From positions 14,136-78,135 of IMG/VR virus record IMGVR_UViG_3300032301_000632: 64,000 nucleotides of DNA; one strand, given 5' to 3'. Origin of the DNA: a virus. Lineage: Duplodnaviria > Caudoviricetes. Positions 49,120 to 59,681 of this stretch are shown here, piece after piece (position 1 is the stretch's first letter; each line of letters opens with the position of its first letter). The notes under the pieces are model-generated. The model was not told where the DNA came from, did not search any database, and saw only the letters and a program-made list of their open reading frames with translations. The translations under genes were made by a program, and so were the position numbers.

Positions 49120-50152
49120 TTAGTGCTACAGTTATATTATCTGCTCTTATAATCTCTCCATAATCAGGGAATATATTCTCTGATGGTTCTATTATTTTTA
49201 AGTATACCGCTTCTGTATTATTTTTAATATAGGCCTCTAAAGATGCTATAGACAAAGGGGCTTCGACTTCTAGTGTATTTAAATAATCAGAGAGTAGAGT
49301 ACTGATTATTTGAGCAGTGGTATTCTCTGCTTTTATAGTAAAATCAACTTTTTTTATACTAGCTTGTACAACTGTAGTCAATATCCCTGCTGCTCGATGT
49401 TCTTCAACTACTTTAGATAAAATTTCAATATGTGCATTTTGTAGAGGTATGTCAGCTTCAACCCATACTGTTAAAAATCCAGGTATAGGAACTTGAAATC
49501 CAATCCACTTAATATAATCAAATTTATATAACTCTTGGCTTAAGGCTCTAGAATTTGTAGACTTACTAAATAATAAAAAATTCCTTAATCTATATCTAAA
49601 TTCAGTATCTGTTTCTGTATCCGTTCCACTAGATAAGTCTCCTCCAATATTAGAGTTTAAATCTCTATAACTACCTACTCTGTAAGAAACCTCATCATTT
49701 TTAGTAGACACTAACATAGTTCCAGCTTTCAAATTATACTTCTTACCTTTACTAGTTGCTTTGATCGGTACTTTAGTTTCAACTATACTGTTAACCACAG
49801 TTGAACTAGTAACTATATATTGATAACCATTATCTGGATTAGTTAAAACTGTATTAGCTTGAATAGTTTTTTTAGCTCCATAGTTATTTGCTAAAACGTA
49901 TCCCTGTGTAAAGCTCCCAACTTTTCTTGATAAAAGATAAGAGCTGGCTAAGTCATCTAAATATTGTCCTTTAGCACTATCTAATGATGAGTTATTTTTA
50001 AACTCATCTAGTAAATTTGTTTGAGTATTAGCGACAACCGCAGCAGCTCTGGCAATAGTGTATACTGCTGACCCTTGTCTAAAGTCAGTTAATGGACTAT
50101 TATACTTTAATAGTGCCCCAAAGAATAAATTTTGTAGTTCATCTATGTCCAT
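49112..50152 (-). CDS. Baseplate J-like (gp6/gp47-type) wedge protein
   Basis: TDFRQGSAVYTI, LDSAKGQYLDDLA...LSRK and SGTDTETDTEFRYRL are hallmark baseplate J motifs. Confidence 0.85.
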   Translation of the reverse strand: MDIDELQNLFFGALLKYNSPLTDFRQGSAVYTIARAAAVVANTQTNLLDEFKNNSSLDSAKGQYLDDLASSYLLSRKVGSFTQGYVLANNYGAKKTIQANTVLTNPDNGYQYIVTSSTVVNSIVETKVPIKATSKGKKYNLKAGTMLVSTKNDEVSYRVGSYRDLNSNIGGDLSSGTDTETDTEFRYRLRNFLLFSKSTNSRALSQELYKFDYIKWIGFQVPIPGFLTVWVEADIPLQNAHIEILSKVVEEHRAAGILTTVVQASIKKVDFTIKAENTTAQIISTLLSDYLNTLEVEAPLSIASLEAYIKNNTEAVYLKIIEPSENIFPDYGEIIRADNITVALNV

Positions 50153-50552
50153 GTTGAATTGTAGATATATACGTTTCTGTATTATCTGGTAAAGAGTACT
50201 CTATATTAATATTATACTCTCCTAGTCGATTACCACTAGTTAAGCTAACATTTTTTAATTTGATTCTATCTTCTAATTTTAGTAATTCGTATAAATTACT
50301 TATCGCACTTTGTGCTAAATCTCCTGATAGATAATAATATAATTTATTACCATATTCAGAATCCAATACTTCTAAAGTGTTAGTTTTATATACCCATATT
50401 ATTCGCTTATACCCTTCAGGGGGAGTCATAATACGATTATATAAAGCTTGATTTATTAGAGCTTGGTCTTTAACAAGTTTTAGGTCTCCTGATTGAGACA
50501 CTGACAAATCAAAATTAGATATTTCTATATCTACACCAGTTAGAGTTGACAT
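50139..50552 (-). CDS. Baseplate wedge/sheath-initiator, gp25/GPW-like
   Basis: GDLKLVKDQALINQALYNRIMTP.G...EYG...EDRIKLKNV; 137 aa, immediately upstream of baseplate J. Confidence 0.72.
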   Translation of the reverse strand: MSTLTGVDIEISNFDLSVSQSGDLKLVKDQALINQALYNRIMTPPEGYKRIIWVYKTNTLEVLDSEYGNKLYYYLSGDLAQSAISNLYELLKLEDRIKLKNVSLTSGNRLGEYNINIEYSLPDNTETYISTIQHGHR

Positions 50553-51406
50553 TTTAGTTCGGCTACTATAAATTTAGGGTTCCACACATGCTCTACATTT
50601 CTTATTGTAGTGTTATTAATATACTCTAAGACTCTTAGTTTATATGTACCTATATTAAATAGTTTATTTGTAAAGTCTAAATTTACTAGTATATTATTTT
50701 TTAAACCAACTCCTGTTAGCGATCGCTCTCCATTATAGGATAACTCCCAACTATAGTTATATAAATCATTTCTTGTACCAATATAGACAGATAGCGAGCT
50801 AGTCAATTTAGGAGCGTCAATAAATAGAGATGAGTTTAATAATGTATACTCGGGGTTTCTTAGTTGTATACTAATTAAAGATTTATCTTCAACTTCGAGT
50901 TTAGCTTTAACTACTAAACTTTCTTTAGATATAAAACTGATAAAGCCTTTTTTTAAAATATCTGGGTATACTAGAATATTTACTACATCCCCAACTTTGT
51001 GTTTGTGTCCTATGTATGTCGGAAAGTATAATAGATTTTTACTAACCTCATAATTAGTACATGCTAGTGACTCTGGTATATTGCTTACTTGTTTTAAAGT
51101 TTGGCTATTAGAAGGATAAAAATTAAATAGTTTATCTTTTTGTTTTATGTCGTATGCTAAACCTACTAGTTTAACAGCTAACTTATCATCAGCCCCAGCA
51201 TTGATAAAGTCTGCATAAGTTAGTTTAGACGGATGAATAGTAGGGTCAATAGTAATAAATATTGACTCTAGTAATTCTGGACTATACTCATTAACCAATA
51301 ATTGGATAGTCTCAACAGTTTTAAAGTTATACCCTGTTGGTAATGTTGCTCCACCTAATGTGCGAGATTTTAAAATATCAATATAAGCATCCCGTAATAG
51401 TGTCAT
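50540..51406 (-). CDS. Hypothetical protein in the baseplate block
   Basis: 288 aa, coupled to both neighbours. Confidence 0.6.
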   Translation of the reverse strand: MTLLRDAYIDILKSRTLGGATLPTGYNFKTVETIQLLVNEYSPELLESIFITIDPTIHPSKLTYADFINAGADDKLAVKLVGLAYDIKQKDKLFNFYPSNSQTLKQVSNIPESLACTNYEVSKNLLYFPTYIGHKHKVGDVVNILVYPDILKKGFISFISKESLVVKAKLEVEDKSLISIQLRNPEYTLLNSSLFIDAPKLTSSLSVYIGTRNDLYNYSWELSYNGERSLTGVGLKNNILVNLDFTNKLFNIGTYKLRVLEYINNTTIRNVEHVWNPKFIVAELKCQL

Positions 51407-51407
51407 T

Positions 51408-53093
51408 TTATACTCTCCCTTTTATGTATACCCCAGCTAAACTAGCTAAAGTAGAATAATCAGAACTTTCAAAATTAGCTGGAGGACTTTGTGGTGGAAT
51501 AGGAGTAGTCTCACTTACCTGTTTAACACCTGTAGGCTCTCCTTTAGCTTTTTTCTCTAATGCTACTGGAGCTTTTAATTGGGCTTGTGGTTTAAACATT
51601 AAACTAGCAGCCAATCTAGCTGCACCACAATTTATCATTACAAATCTAGCGTCTATAGCAGCTAATTTACCACCCTCCATAGCTAAAACTCCCTGTTTAG
51701 CTAAAATCACATAATTCTCTAAAGCAATATTAATCGAAGTTCCATATGTAGACCCCTCTCCTAAAAACTCATCCTGTAATGATGTTCTATTATCTTTAGT
51801 TATTTTTGTTTTAGATGGTTGTCCTGCTTGGGTCATTATTGTATCTCCATAAATATACATATTACCAGCAACATGTTCAGCTTCAGCAGAAGTTTCTCTT
51901 AAAGCTACTGAGTTATATCTATTAGTGACTTTAGCTATAACCTGATTTAAATCTTCTATACGAACCCAAGAATTTAGATGGGTTCCTTGATATAAGTCAG
52001 TTAAATTTTGAAATGTAGGAGCTTGAAATACCATATGCTGTGATAAGTAGCTGACTAGTGGAGAATCAACATACATAGCTGCACTAGTAATAATTCTAAA
52101 ATCATGAGAAGTAAATTGTCTACGACCATGGTCAGTAATAATAGCATTACCTTCAGCATAATCAGCAGCTAAGTCAGACGTAGCTAAAGTAAAATTTCTA
52201 CCTGCTTCTTTAACAAAGGTACTCGCTCTAGAAATTGAATTAGTTACTCTACTTTGTACAGTACTATTCAGCATAAAACTACGAGTACCTCCCCCTAAGA
52301 TACCCCCTAACACACTTAATCCAATGCCAACTCCCATTGAAATTCCAGGATTAACCCCTCCTGTAATCCCTTGACCTGTTTGTCCCCCTAAATTACCTCC
52401 TAAAGCTGAACCTGGTAGTTGACTAGGTGATGCTGCTGGTGATAATAATCCTGGGATATTAGTTCCAACTTCCCCAAAACTTCCACCTAATAAAGCATCA
52501 TAACGAACTCCACTAAAAGTACCCCCTAATACACTGTCATACATAGCAGCATTAGAGTTTACTAAAGTACCTGTAATACTATCAGCACCTAATTTAACTG
52601 GAGTAGATAAAAGTCTATCTATGCCTTTTTGGATAAATGGCATAGCTGCATTAGCAATAATATCAGCACCTGGTACTGGTAATGATCCTATTGCTGTTGT
52701 TGATAGATTAGTTAGACCAGGCACTAATAGCTGTGAACCTGGTATTGGAGTGCGAATATCAGTGATACTAAAACTATCTAAATTATTAATATCAAATGTG
52801 GGTGGAGTAAATTCAGGAGTTATAGGCTGTAAAGGACCTGTACCACCTCCACCTATAGGACCAGCATTAGGATTAATTGGTATAGTTATATCGTTTATAT
52901 CTAGTCCACCTATACCCCCAGTAAGTTGTTGGGTATCCGTAAGACTATTACTAAAAACTCGGTCAAACCCTGCTTGGTCAATTGGATTTATACTATTTGT
53001 ATTAGTAATGCCCTCTTGTTGTATAGTTTGAATCTCATTCTCTAAATTAGTTCCAGTATTCTGGTCAGCATTATCAAACAAATTAATTGGCAT
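51408..53093 (-). CDS. Possible central spike C-terminal (beta-helix) protein
   Basis: Gly-rich N-half, then repeated short beta-strands ending in ...AAIDARFVMINCG, similar to the tips of gp5/gpV spikes. Confidence 0.4.
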   Translation of the reverse strand: MPINLFDNADQNTGTNLENEIQTIQQEGITNTNSINPIDQAGFDRVFSNSLTDTQQLTGGIGGLDINDITIPINPNAGPIGGGGTGPLQPITPEFTPPTFDINNLDSFSITDIRTPIPGSQLLVPGLTNLSTTAIGSLPVPGADIIANAAMPFIQKGIDRLLSTPVKLGADSITGTLVNSNAAMYDSVLGGTFSGVRYDALLGGSFGEVGTNIPGLLSPAASPSQLPGSALGGNLGGQTGQGITGGVNPGISMGVGIGLSVLGGILGGGTRSFMLNSTVQSRVTNSISRASTFVKEAGRNFTLATSDLAADYAEGNAIITDHGRRQFTSHDFRIITSAAMYVDSPLVSYLSQHMVFQAPTFQNLTDLYQGTHLNSWVRIEDLNQVIAKVTNRYNSVALRETSAEAEHVAGNMYIYGDTIMTQAGQPSKTKITKDNRTSLQDEFLGEGSTYGTSINIALENYVILAKQGVLAMEGGKLAAIDARFVMINCGAARLAASLMFKPQAQLKAPVALEKKAKGEPTGVKQVSETTPIPPQSPPANFESSDYSTLASLAGVYIKGRV

Positions 53094-53098
53094 TATAT

Positions 53099-53788
53099 TT
53101 ACCTTTGACTTAAAACTTTTTGTGAATATAATCCATATGATATATCATCTTCAGGGGCTACTCTTACAAAAGCATTCTGACCAAACTCACTAGTTGACAA
53201 CAATTCATTAGAGTCACGTCTAATAGCTCTGTCTACCAAAGCGTCATCAATATTATCTAATATCGCATCCCCAAATACATCTAACCCAATATTAAATACA
53301 CTCGATATAATCCCAGGAAAGATAGAGGATATTAGGGAAGTAATTAATTGAACTGTAGCCAAAGTAGCTGTTCTCTCTTCTTCTAAAGAGCCTCCTAAAA
53401 CATTTTCTGATATAGTCGTTAAATTATTAGCAATTTTTTGATTAAAGCCTAGTAAAGAAGATATACCAATAGATACAATTTCTCCAGGTCTAATTTTTAT
53501 AGGGTCGTCTATACTCTTTTCTGATATTACTGCATCATTTAAGTCTACTTCTGATAGACTTAGAGATTGATTTACACTTAGAGTTGCACTATTCTGTGCT
53601 GCCTGTAAAAAAGGTGTATTGATGTTAGAATTCTCTAGTTCATCTACTGCTATATCTTCAGGTATCTCATTGTTACCAATTCGTTGACCAGTGCCTACTG
53701 TATAATTACCTATACTGTCCCAGTAAGTTTCTTGTCTTTCAACAGTATCTGTATACGGCTTTATATCTTTAATTATATCTAGTGGCAT
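53099..53788 (-). CDS. Hypothetical acidic protein in the baseplate block
   Basis: 229 aa, abuts both neighbours. Confidence 0.6.
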   Translation of the reverse strand: MPLDIIKDIKPYTDTVERQETYWDSIGNYTVGTGQRIGNNEIPEDIAVDELENSNINTPFLQAAQNSATLSVNQSLSLSEVDLNDAVISEKSIDDPIKIRPGEIVSIGISSLLGFNQKIANNLTTISENVLGGSLEEERTATLATVQLITSLISSIFPGIISSVFNIGLDVFGDAILDNIDDALVDRAIRRDSNELLSTSEFGQNAFVRVAPEDDISYGLYSQKVLSQR

Positions 53789-54835
53789 TTAAACTATATC
53801 CTCTATAACATTTAGTCTATATTTATTTTCTGGTTTTATACTATTTTGCTGATATAGTAAATTTCTAATTTCCATCTCTAGTCTAAATTCAAAGTCTTTA
53901 AATTCTAATAAGTTATTATACACATTTAACATTCTAGCAGCATCTAATCCTAAGCTTAGTCTTTGGGCTAACTCATATTTAAGTCTATATTCTTTTGAAT
54001 CTACAAAAGTACTGTAGCTATTAAAGGTTAATTCAGATGGTAGAGAATTTAAAAATAATATTGCATAAAATAAAGACTCCACAACTAAAGCTAGATAAAC
54101 TAATGTAGGTCCACAAGGAGCTGCTAATTTTAAATAATTGTCTATGTCTAGTTTTATTATTTCTTTCAGAGAACATAGTACAGCAGGACGTACGTTGCCA
54201 GTAGCATACCTAACTCCTAAATTTTCCCAGTCTACTGGACTAACATTGTTAGCTTTAAAATAATCTCTATATCTAGATTCACGAGTATTAAACTCTCTAA
54301 ATAGTATCTCTTCTACATCTTTCCAGTTAGTACCTAGTACACTAATTTGAGTATAATATACTCTTAGTCTACTATTAGCGCTATCAAATGGATTTAAACC
54401 TAATTTTAACCAAAAGCTCATCAGTGAGTTTTCTACTATATCTACTGCTGTAACTTTTCTGTACTCTTTAATATTAGAATAGAAAAAACTAATACTACCT
54501 ACATTACCAGCACCTACTAGTTTATTACTATCAGGGTTTAATCCAACACAGCTTTTAGTAAATAAACTCAAGTTTTTTCGTTCAGTATCACTAGTCTGAC
54601 AGCATCTACTAATTAAACCAATACAAACTGAAATCATTAAATCTCGATACTGTATAGTAGTTAAATTTTCTGTACTAGTTTGACCAGACTGTAAATATTG
54701 AAGTTGTATTTTGTTTAAATAATAAGAAAAAGAAGCAGCTTTCTTGGTTAGTAAAGAGTTAGCTAATGTTTGCAGAGGGCTATCTGTTTTTCTTTCCCGA
54801 GATAAAATATCATATTTATAATCTAGATTTACCAT
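53789..54835 (-). CDS. Hypothetical protein in the baseplate block
   Basis: 348 aa ORF. Confidence 0.6.
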   Translation of the reverse strand: MVNLDYKYDILSRERKTDSPLQTLANSLLTKKAASFSYYLNKIQLQYLQSGQTSTENLTTIQYRDLMISVCIGLISRCCQTSDTERKNLSLFTKSCVGLNPDSNKLVGAGNVGSISFFYSNIKEYRKVTAVDIVENSLMSFWLKLGLNPFDSANSRLRVYYTQISVLGTNWKDVEEILFREFNTRESRYRDYFKANNVSPVDWENLGVRYATGNVRPAVLCSLKEIIKLDIDNYLKLAAPCGPTLVYLALVVESLFYAILFLNSLPSELTFNSYSTFVDSKEYRLKYELAQRLSLGLDAARMLNVYNNLLEFKDFEFRLEMEIRNLLYQQNSIKPENKYRLNVIEDIV

Positions 54836-54840
54836 ATTTT

Positions 54841-56895
54841 CTAAAACAAACTATTTACTAAACTAGTTAAGATATTACTATCATATCGTCTATTACCCTG
54901 TATTCTTAATAATTCAGTTATAGCCGCTTCTATATTATTATTACTTAACTCTTGAGCATATGTTTTAATACTAAATCCAGCTAGAGCTACATTTGGGTTA
55001 CTGAGAATATCATCTAGTGAGACTATATTAACAGAAAAGTTATCTGTGACATACTCAATGACTTCTGTTGGATTATAATTTATAATCTCCTGTAATGTTG
55101 GTGTAGGATTATCAATAACACTATCTATATTTAAACTATAGCCATCTGCTCTTAAAGCAGTAAGTAAAGAAATCTGTTCAAGTGGAGTAGCTGCGTTTAT
55201 TAGTAAAGTTACAATAGACAATAAGTTAACAGAGTTATTTATTAGAATTAAATTTTCAACTACCACTTCAGCTTTTCTAATTCCTTGACGTAATAAGAAA
55301 GACTGCATATTAACTTTAGGGTCTTCCGAGTTAACAGGATTATTTATTACCAACGGTAATGATTGTAAGTCTGACTCATTAATTAAAAAATTATTTGGTG
55401 CTGAATTTTGTATCACAAAAGGGTCATCTTCAAGACCACCACCACTACCCCCACCGCCTATAGGTCCAGCATTCGGATTAAGTGGAATAACATAATCATT
55501 TATATCTAGCCCACCACCACCACTACCACCCCCAGAACCATATGTGCCTCCTATATTAGACCGAGCTTCACTAATTAGACTACTCAATCTACTTCTGAAA
55601 CTAGAGCGTAAACTAGTAGAACCTCTAGCTAAATTTACACCAGGTGGCATTAACCTAGTTATAAAGTTTGCTTCTGTTTGTATTGTTCTGGCTAAAGCTG
55701 AAGTTAACATAGTATGCTGAGGCATAGGATAATTAGTTTCAAACATACTTAAATCTAATCCAGTAATATCTTGAAGATTAAAAGTTAGATATTTACTAAA
55801 CTCACTAACTACTAATTCATTCAAATAATCATCAATTAAAGGATACCCAGTAGCAAAGTCAAACCAGATATTACTATCTCCAGTTAAACTAAAATCTAAC
55901 CCTACTCTACCAAAACCAAAATCTAAATCAAATGACCCCCATCTTTCAATTAAATATTGAAAGTAGTCTAAGTATTCATAGAATAACCACTCCATCATTT
56001 TTAGAGAAGTATCTAGAGAAGCTTCTAACTCTGAAACTATATCTGTAGATAGCTCATTAATCTTATTATTTATCCAATCAAAAGTGTCTCCAATACCTAC
56101 TTCATTTTGAGCTATATAAAATGAACTTAATGGCACTACTTTTCCATCTGCAAATACCACACTAGTGTCAGATGAATAGCAGTCCTGTAGCCTACGTTGT
56201 GCATTTTTTAAAGATTCAAAGTATGGCTTTTCTGATAGAGAATACTTAACACCTCTATTTTGTTCAAAGTAGTTAGCATTTGAATTTATATGAGCCCCCG
56301 CTGTGTGTTTTAACTCTAACCCACTAAATGCACTAAGATTAAAACTACCAGGCTGCTCTAATCCGGCGGGGGAGTAAGACGGGTTTAAAGGAGAAACCGA
56401 CCTATCAAAATAAGGTTTTGAATCTAACTCACATCTATGGTTAGTAGAAAATGATGCTGCATTGAATGGTAGATAATAAGGTGAGTGCTTTCTATTTTCA
56501 GGGGGTAAGTCTGGTTGTGGTACTTTATCATTAGCAATTAAATCTTCAACTTGCCCTGAAAACCAAGCTCCACCTGTAATATACGGTTTAGCATTATTAG
56601 CTCCTATAAACTCTACCATTACTACTTGACCAACAACAAATGGTCTTTCCTTTTTACCTACTCCGTTGGCTAAAGCGTCAGCAGCATTAGTCTTTACGGC
56701 TACATCATGCAGTATCTGTCCTTGCTCAGGGATGTATACATTATATTTATTTCTCTGAATATTATAGGAAGATAACGGAGATGTGATATATCCTATTACT
56801 GTGTTCTTATAATCGTATACACTATTTAGATATGAATTTTGAACTTTACTAAGTTGATTAAAAAATCTAGAGCGGTCTATTATATCTCTTGCCAT
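54841..56895 (-). CDS. Baseplate spike N-terminal (gp5/gpV OB-fold-like) protein
   Basis: YNVYIP...RPFVVGQVVMVEFIGANNAKPYITG fits the gp5/gpV OB-fold signature P..G..V.V.F..G....P.I.G. It follows the hub gene. Confidence 0.62.
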   Translation of the reverse strand: MARDIIDRSRFFNQLSKVQNSYLNSVYDYKNTVIGYITSPLSSYNIQRNKYNVYIPEQGQILHDVAVKTNAADALANGVGKKERPFVVGQVVMVEFIGANNAKPYITGGAWFSGQVEDLIANDKVPQPDLPPENRKHSPYYLPFNAASFSTNHRCELDSKPYFDRSVSPLNPSYSPAGLEQPGSFNLSAFSGLELKHTAGAHINSNANYFEQNRGVKYSLSEKPYFESLKNAQRRLQDCYSSDTSVVFADGKVVPLSSFYIAQNEVGIGDTFDWINNKINELSTDIVSELEASLDTSLKMMEWLFYEYLDYFQYLIERWGSFDLDFGFGRVGLDFSLTGDSNIWFDFATGYPLIDDYLNELVVSEFSKYLTFNLQDITGLDLSMFETNYPMPQHTMLTSALARTIQTEANFITRLMPPGVNLARGSTSLRSSFRSRLSSLISEARSNIGGTYGSGGGSGGGGLDINDYVIPLNPNAGPIGGGGSGGGLEDDPFVIQNSAPNNFLINESDLQSLPLVINNPVNSEDPKVNMQSFLLRQGIRKAEVVVENLILINNSVNLLSIVTLLINAATPLEQISLLTALRADGYSLNIDSVIDNPTPTLQEIINYNPTEVIEYVTDNFSVNIVSLDDILSNPNVALAGFSIKTYAQELSNNNIEAAITELLRIQGNRRYDSNILTSLVNSLF

Positions 56896-56899
56896 AGTA

Positions 56900-58798
56900 T
56901 TAAAAGGGTTGACATAGTTGTAGTTCAGTAGTAAAACCTTTACTACCTAATTGAAATTTATGGGCTACAGCCTCTATTCTAAATATAGTAGCTGGTGCTT
57001 CATTAAAGCCTACTGCATCATCATCATTTAGTTCATCATCTTGATTCTGAACAATTCGACTACGCTGAAAACATAATAAAGAATTCATTAAATCTTTTAA
57101 AGCTTCGGTTTGCTCTTTAACAGTTATATTAGTTTTAGGAGCAAACTTAGCATACGATTTATCTGGTAATTCTAAACCTGTATTAGTTAACACATCTTCT
57201 TGTGCTTCTTCATCTTCTATAGTAGGCAACTTAGCATATACTTTTAAGGCTTCATTCCAACTAATATCAAATTCTTTAAACTTTTCTAAATCATCTTTAG
57301 CTCTTGCTGCTCCACCTTGTTCTAATAAAGGTGAGCCTAAAACTTGAATAATTTCTCCTGGAGTTAGAGATGGGTCGCCTAATGTTCTAGTCATAGCTAC
57401 ACGCACTTCTCTACCATAAATACGAGCAGCTGAAGTAGCTACTATGGCAGCTTCACTTCTATTCTTAATAGTGGGGTCATGTATACGTTTAAACTTACAC
57501 GCATAATCTGTATCTTTTAATATGTGAGGTTTAGTTTGTAAATGAATCATAAAGTCTTTATAAGGTTCACTATCAGCTGTAGGAGCTGACTTTGCTACTA
57601 GAAAGTTAGTTTTAAGTCCAATAGATGATACTTCTTCTCTTAAAACTAATAGTCTTTGATTTACATTAGTAGACTCTGGGGCTATTCTATAATAATAAGT
57701 ACGATAAAATCTTTTAGGGTCATCTAATCCAGTTATATCATTACTTCTAGGTGCGTAATAAAAGTTACCATCTATATGTTGAAATAATTCAGTAGGGTAA
57801 ACTTCTTGAAATGATAGTACCTTAAATATATCTAATGGACTGCCCGCATTAACGATAAAGTTTATAATCTCTCCTACTTCTGACCCATTATCCTGTCCAA
57901 CAGTCAATCCTCGTCTTGTGGTGTGGATTCTAAACTCGGGTAAATCTTCTAACTCTTTAACTTCTGTTCTAGTTTTCCCTACTAAAGGAGCACCAGTTGT
58001 ATACCACTTATTAGCAGGGGTATCTACAGCACTATTTATTGCATCATCATCTGGGTTAGAGCCCGCTCCAGCTATAGTAGTGCTAGTCATATCTATAATA
58101 AACTCAGTATTAGCTATGACATTTTTACCACAACCCGCACAAATTTCAATGTTTGTATTCTCTTTTCTTGTCTGTCTATTTGTACCATTAGAGTTTTGAG
58201 TTGTTTTATCTACTAATACTGCTTTTATTTCTCTAGTTGTACCTAACGCCCGAGCTGCTATGTCCAATATTAAATCTGACCTAGAAATATAATTCATACG
58301 CTTTAAAGAGGATGGATTATAATAGACTTCTGAATCCATAAACCACTTCATTCTATCTCTAGCTTGCAATTGTATTGTATACCCGCCAGAAGCAGAAGCT
58401 GTAGATTTTAAATTTTCTATTACCCCCACGTATACTCTAATCAGATTACCATTATCTAAATCTGCTGGAGTAACTGGTCTAGCACAATCTATATACCCCA
58501 TCCATATACAAAATTCTTTTTCTATATTTATCTCAGGTGGTAAAACTTCAGGTAAAGCTTGCTGAGATGGTAGATGACAAGACAAAACAACACTAGCAGA
58601 AGCTGTTGCCCAAAATCTAGTTAAGAGAATTCTACAACCTGTCACTAACCATATACCTGGTCTGTATACTTGCTGACTATCAGTAACCCCAGTACTGTAT
58701 ACATTATTAGATAAAATTATTCTACCCTTAAGGTCAGTTAAAACAATAGCTGGGGTTGCTCTATTTGTTTGGTCAAAATGACAATTATCACCTAACAT
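56900..58798 (-). CDS. Baseplate hub protein (gp27/gpD/gp44-like)
   Basis: VYVGVIENL...TIQLQARD, central LFQHIDGNFYYAPR and C-terminal FRIEAVAHKFQLGSKGFTTEL; directly downstream of the tubes. Confidence 0.65.
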   Translation of the reverse strand: MLGDNCHFDQTNRATPAIVLTDLKGRIILSNNVYSTGVTDSQQVYRPGIWLVTGCRILLTRFWATASASVVLSCHLPSQQALPEVLPPEINIEKEFCIWMGYIDCARPVTPADLDNGNLIRVYVGVIENLKSTASASGGYTIQLQARDRMKWFMDSEVYYNPSSLKRMNYISRSDLILDIAARALGTTREIKAVLVDKTTQNSNGTNRQTRKENTNIEICAGCGKNVIANTEFIIDMTSTTIAGAGSNPDDDAINSAVDTPANKWYTTGAPLVGKTRTEVKELEDLPEFRIHTTRRGLTVGQDNGSEVGEIINFIVNAGSPLDIFKVLSFQEVYPTELFQHIDGNFYYAPRSNDITGLDDPKRFYRTYYYRIAPESTNVNQRLLVLREEVSSIGLKTNFLVAKSAPTADSEPYKDFMIHLQTKPHILKDTDYACKFKRIHDPTIKNRSEAAIVATSAARIYGREVRVAMTRTLGDPSLTPGEIIQVLGSPLLEQGGAARAKDDLEKFKEFDISWNEALKVYAKLPTIEDEEAQEDVLTNTGLELPDKSYAKFAPKTNITVKEQTEALKDLMNSLLCFQRSRIVQNQDDELNDDDAVGFNEAPATIFRIEAVAHKFQLGSKGFTTELQLCQPF

Positions 58799-58840
58799 AT
58801 TTATTCTTTAGTACTAACGCTGTGTTTCTATATTAACAAT

Positions 58841-58873
58841 AAAAGAGCTACACTATCCAAATAGTGTAGCTCT
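58841..58873 (-). terminator. Rho-independent terminator after the second tube gene
   Basis: Perfect 13 bp stem AGAGCTACACTAT-ccaa-ATAGTGTAGCTCT with a T run on the - strand. Confidence 0.85.
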
Positions 58874-58892
58874 CTAAATTAAATTAGTCTAA

Positions 58893-59681
58893 TTATTCAA
58901 AAAAGTCATCGCCATTATTACCTTGAGCAGCAATGTTAACTGTAGCATTACCAGCTGTATTTTGTACTTCTGTAACTCCAGCTAAGTCCCAAGGGAATGG
59001 GTTAATAGTCTTGTCACTATTAGCACCTGCTGTTAGAGCAGCTAGTCCACCTACTGACTCTAAATACGTACCTGCACCTAAAACATTAGAATTAATTTCT
59101 TCAATACCTTCAGCTACACCTTCCCAACGGTTAGCAATAACACTACGTCCTGCTGTACTTCCTAATGTATAGCTATCTACTTTACAGAATGTAAGTCTTA
59201 GTTTACCTTTAGTTTTTCTAGCAGTATTTTCAGGTATTTTATCAGCAGCTAATCCAAAAGTTCTAGCTGATGGAGCTATATTATCCGGAGTTTTAGTAGC
59301 ACTGTCAGAAGCTTCTTGTAATTCCTCAGCATTTAATGAAAAAGTAATTTGGAATCTTGTTCCTCTATTTAGTCTTGCTGAACGTGATATAGTAGCTAAT
59401 CCAAATGTGTGCTCTAATGCACGGTAGTCTAACATACCTCGTTCTAGTACCCAACCAATTTGGAATTCACCGTCTAAATAACGTGGTACACGCTGGTTAA
59501 ATTCTAAATAAGGTTCAGTTGAATTTCTAATAGTAATTTGAATAGAGACAAATCGACCAATCATTGTATACGAGCCAGTAGCTTGGTCTAACACGTATAC
59601 ATCAGCATCAAACCCCTGCATAGGGTCAAGTACTGCATTGTTAATTGGAGCTTTAAATAGGTTGTTTGAAACTAGTGCCAT
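58893..59681 (-). CDS. Tail tube protein, copy 2
   Basis: 262 aa, follows the sheath. Tube-like pattern IGRFVSIQITIRNSTEPY...LERGMLD...LTFCKVDSYTL...RWEGVAE. Confidence 0.75.
   Translation of the reverse strand: MALVSNNLFKAPINNAVLDPMQGFDADVYVLDQATGSYTMIGRFVSIQITIRNSTEPYLEFNQRVPRYLDGEFQIGWVLERGMLDYRALEHTFGLATISRSARLNRGTRFQITFSLNAEELQEASDSATKTPDNIAPSARTFGLAADKIPENTARKTKGKLRLTFCKVDSYTLGSTAGRSVIANRWEGVAEGIEEINSNVLGAGTYLESVGGLAALTAGANSDKTINPFPWDLAGVTEVQNTAGNATVNIAAQGNNGDDFFE

Larger units (their letters stand above)
2792..50726. repeat. Dispersed HIP1 octamers GCGATCGC (8 copies)
   Basis: Sites at 2792, 5209, 12854, 28409, 32705, 33289, 38344 and 50719. Confidence 0.9.

Noticed and set aside
3650-58199. 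Other opposite-strand or overlapping ORFs (3650-3994, 7328-7624, 42917-43189, 47861-48061, 48255-48464, 52621-53031, 57918-58199; also 58933-59172)
   Set aside because: Each lies almost wholly opposite better-supported genes and shows no recognisable motif.
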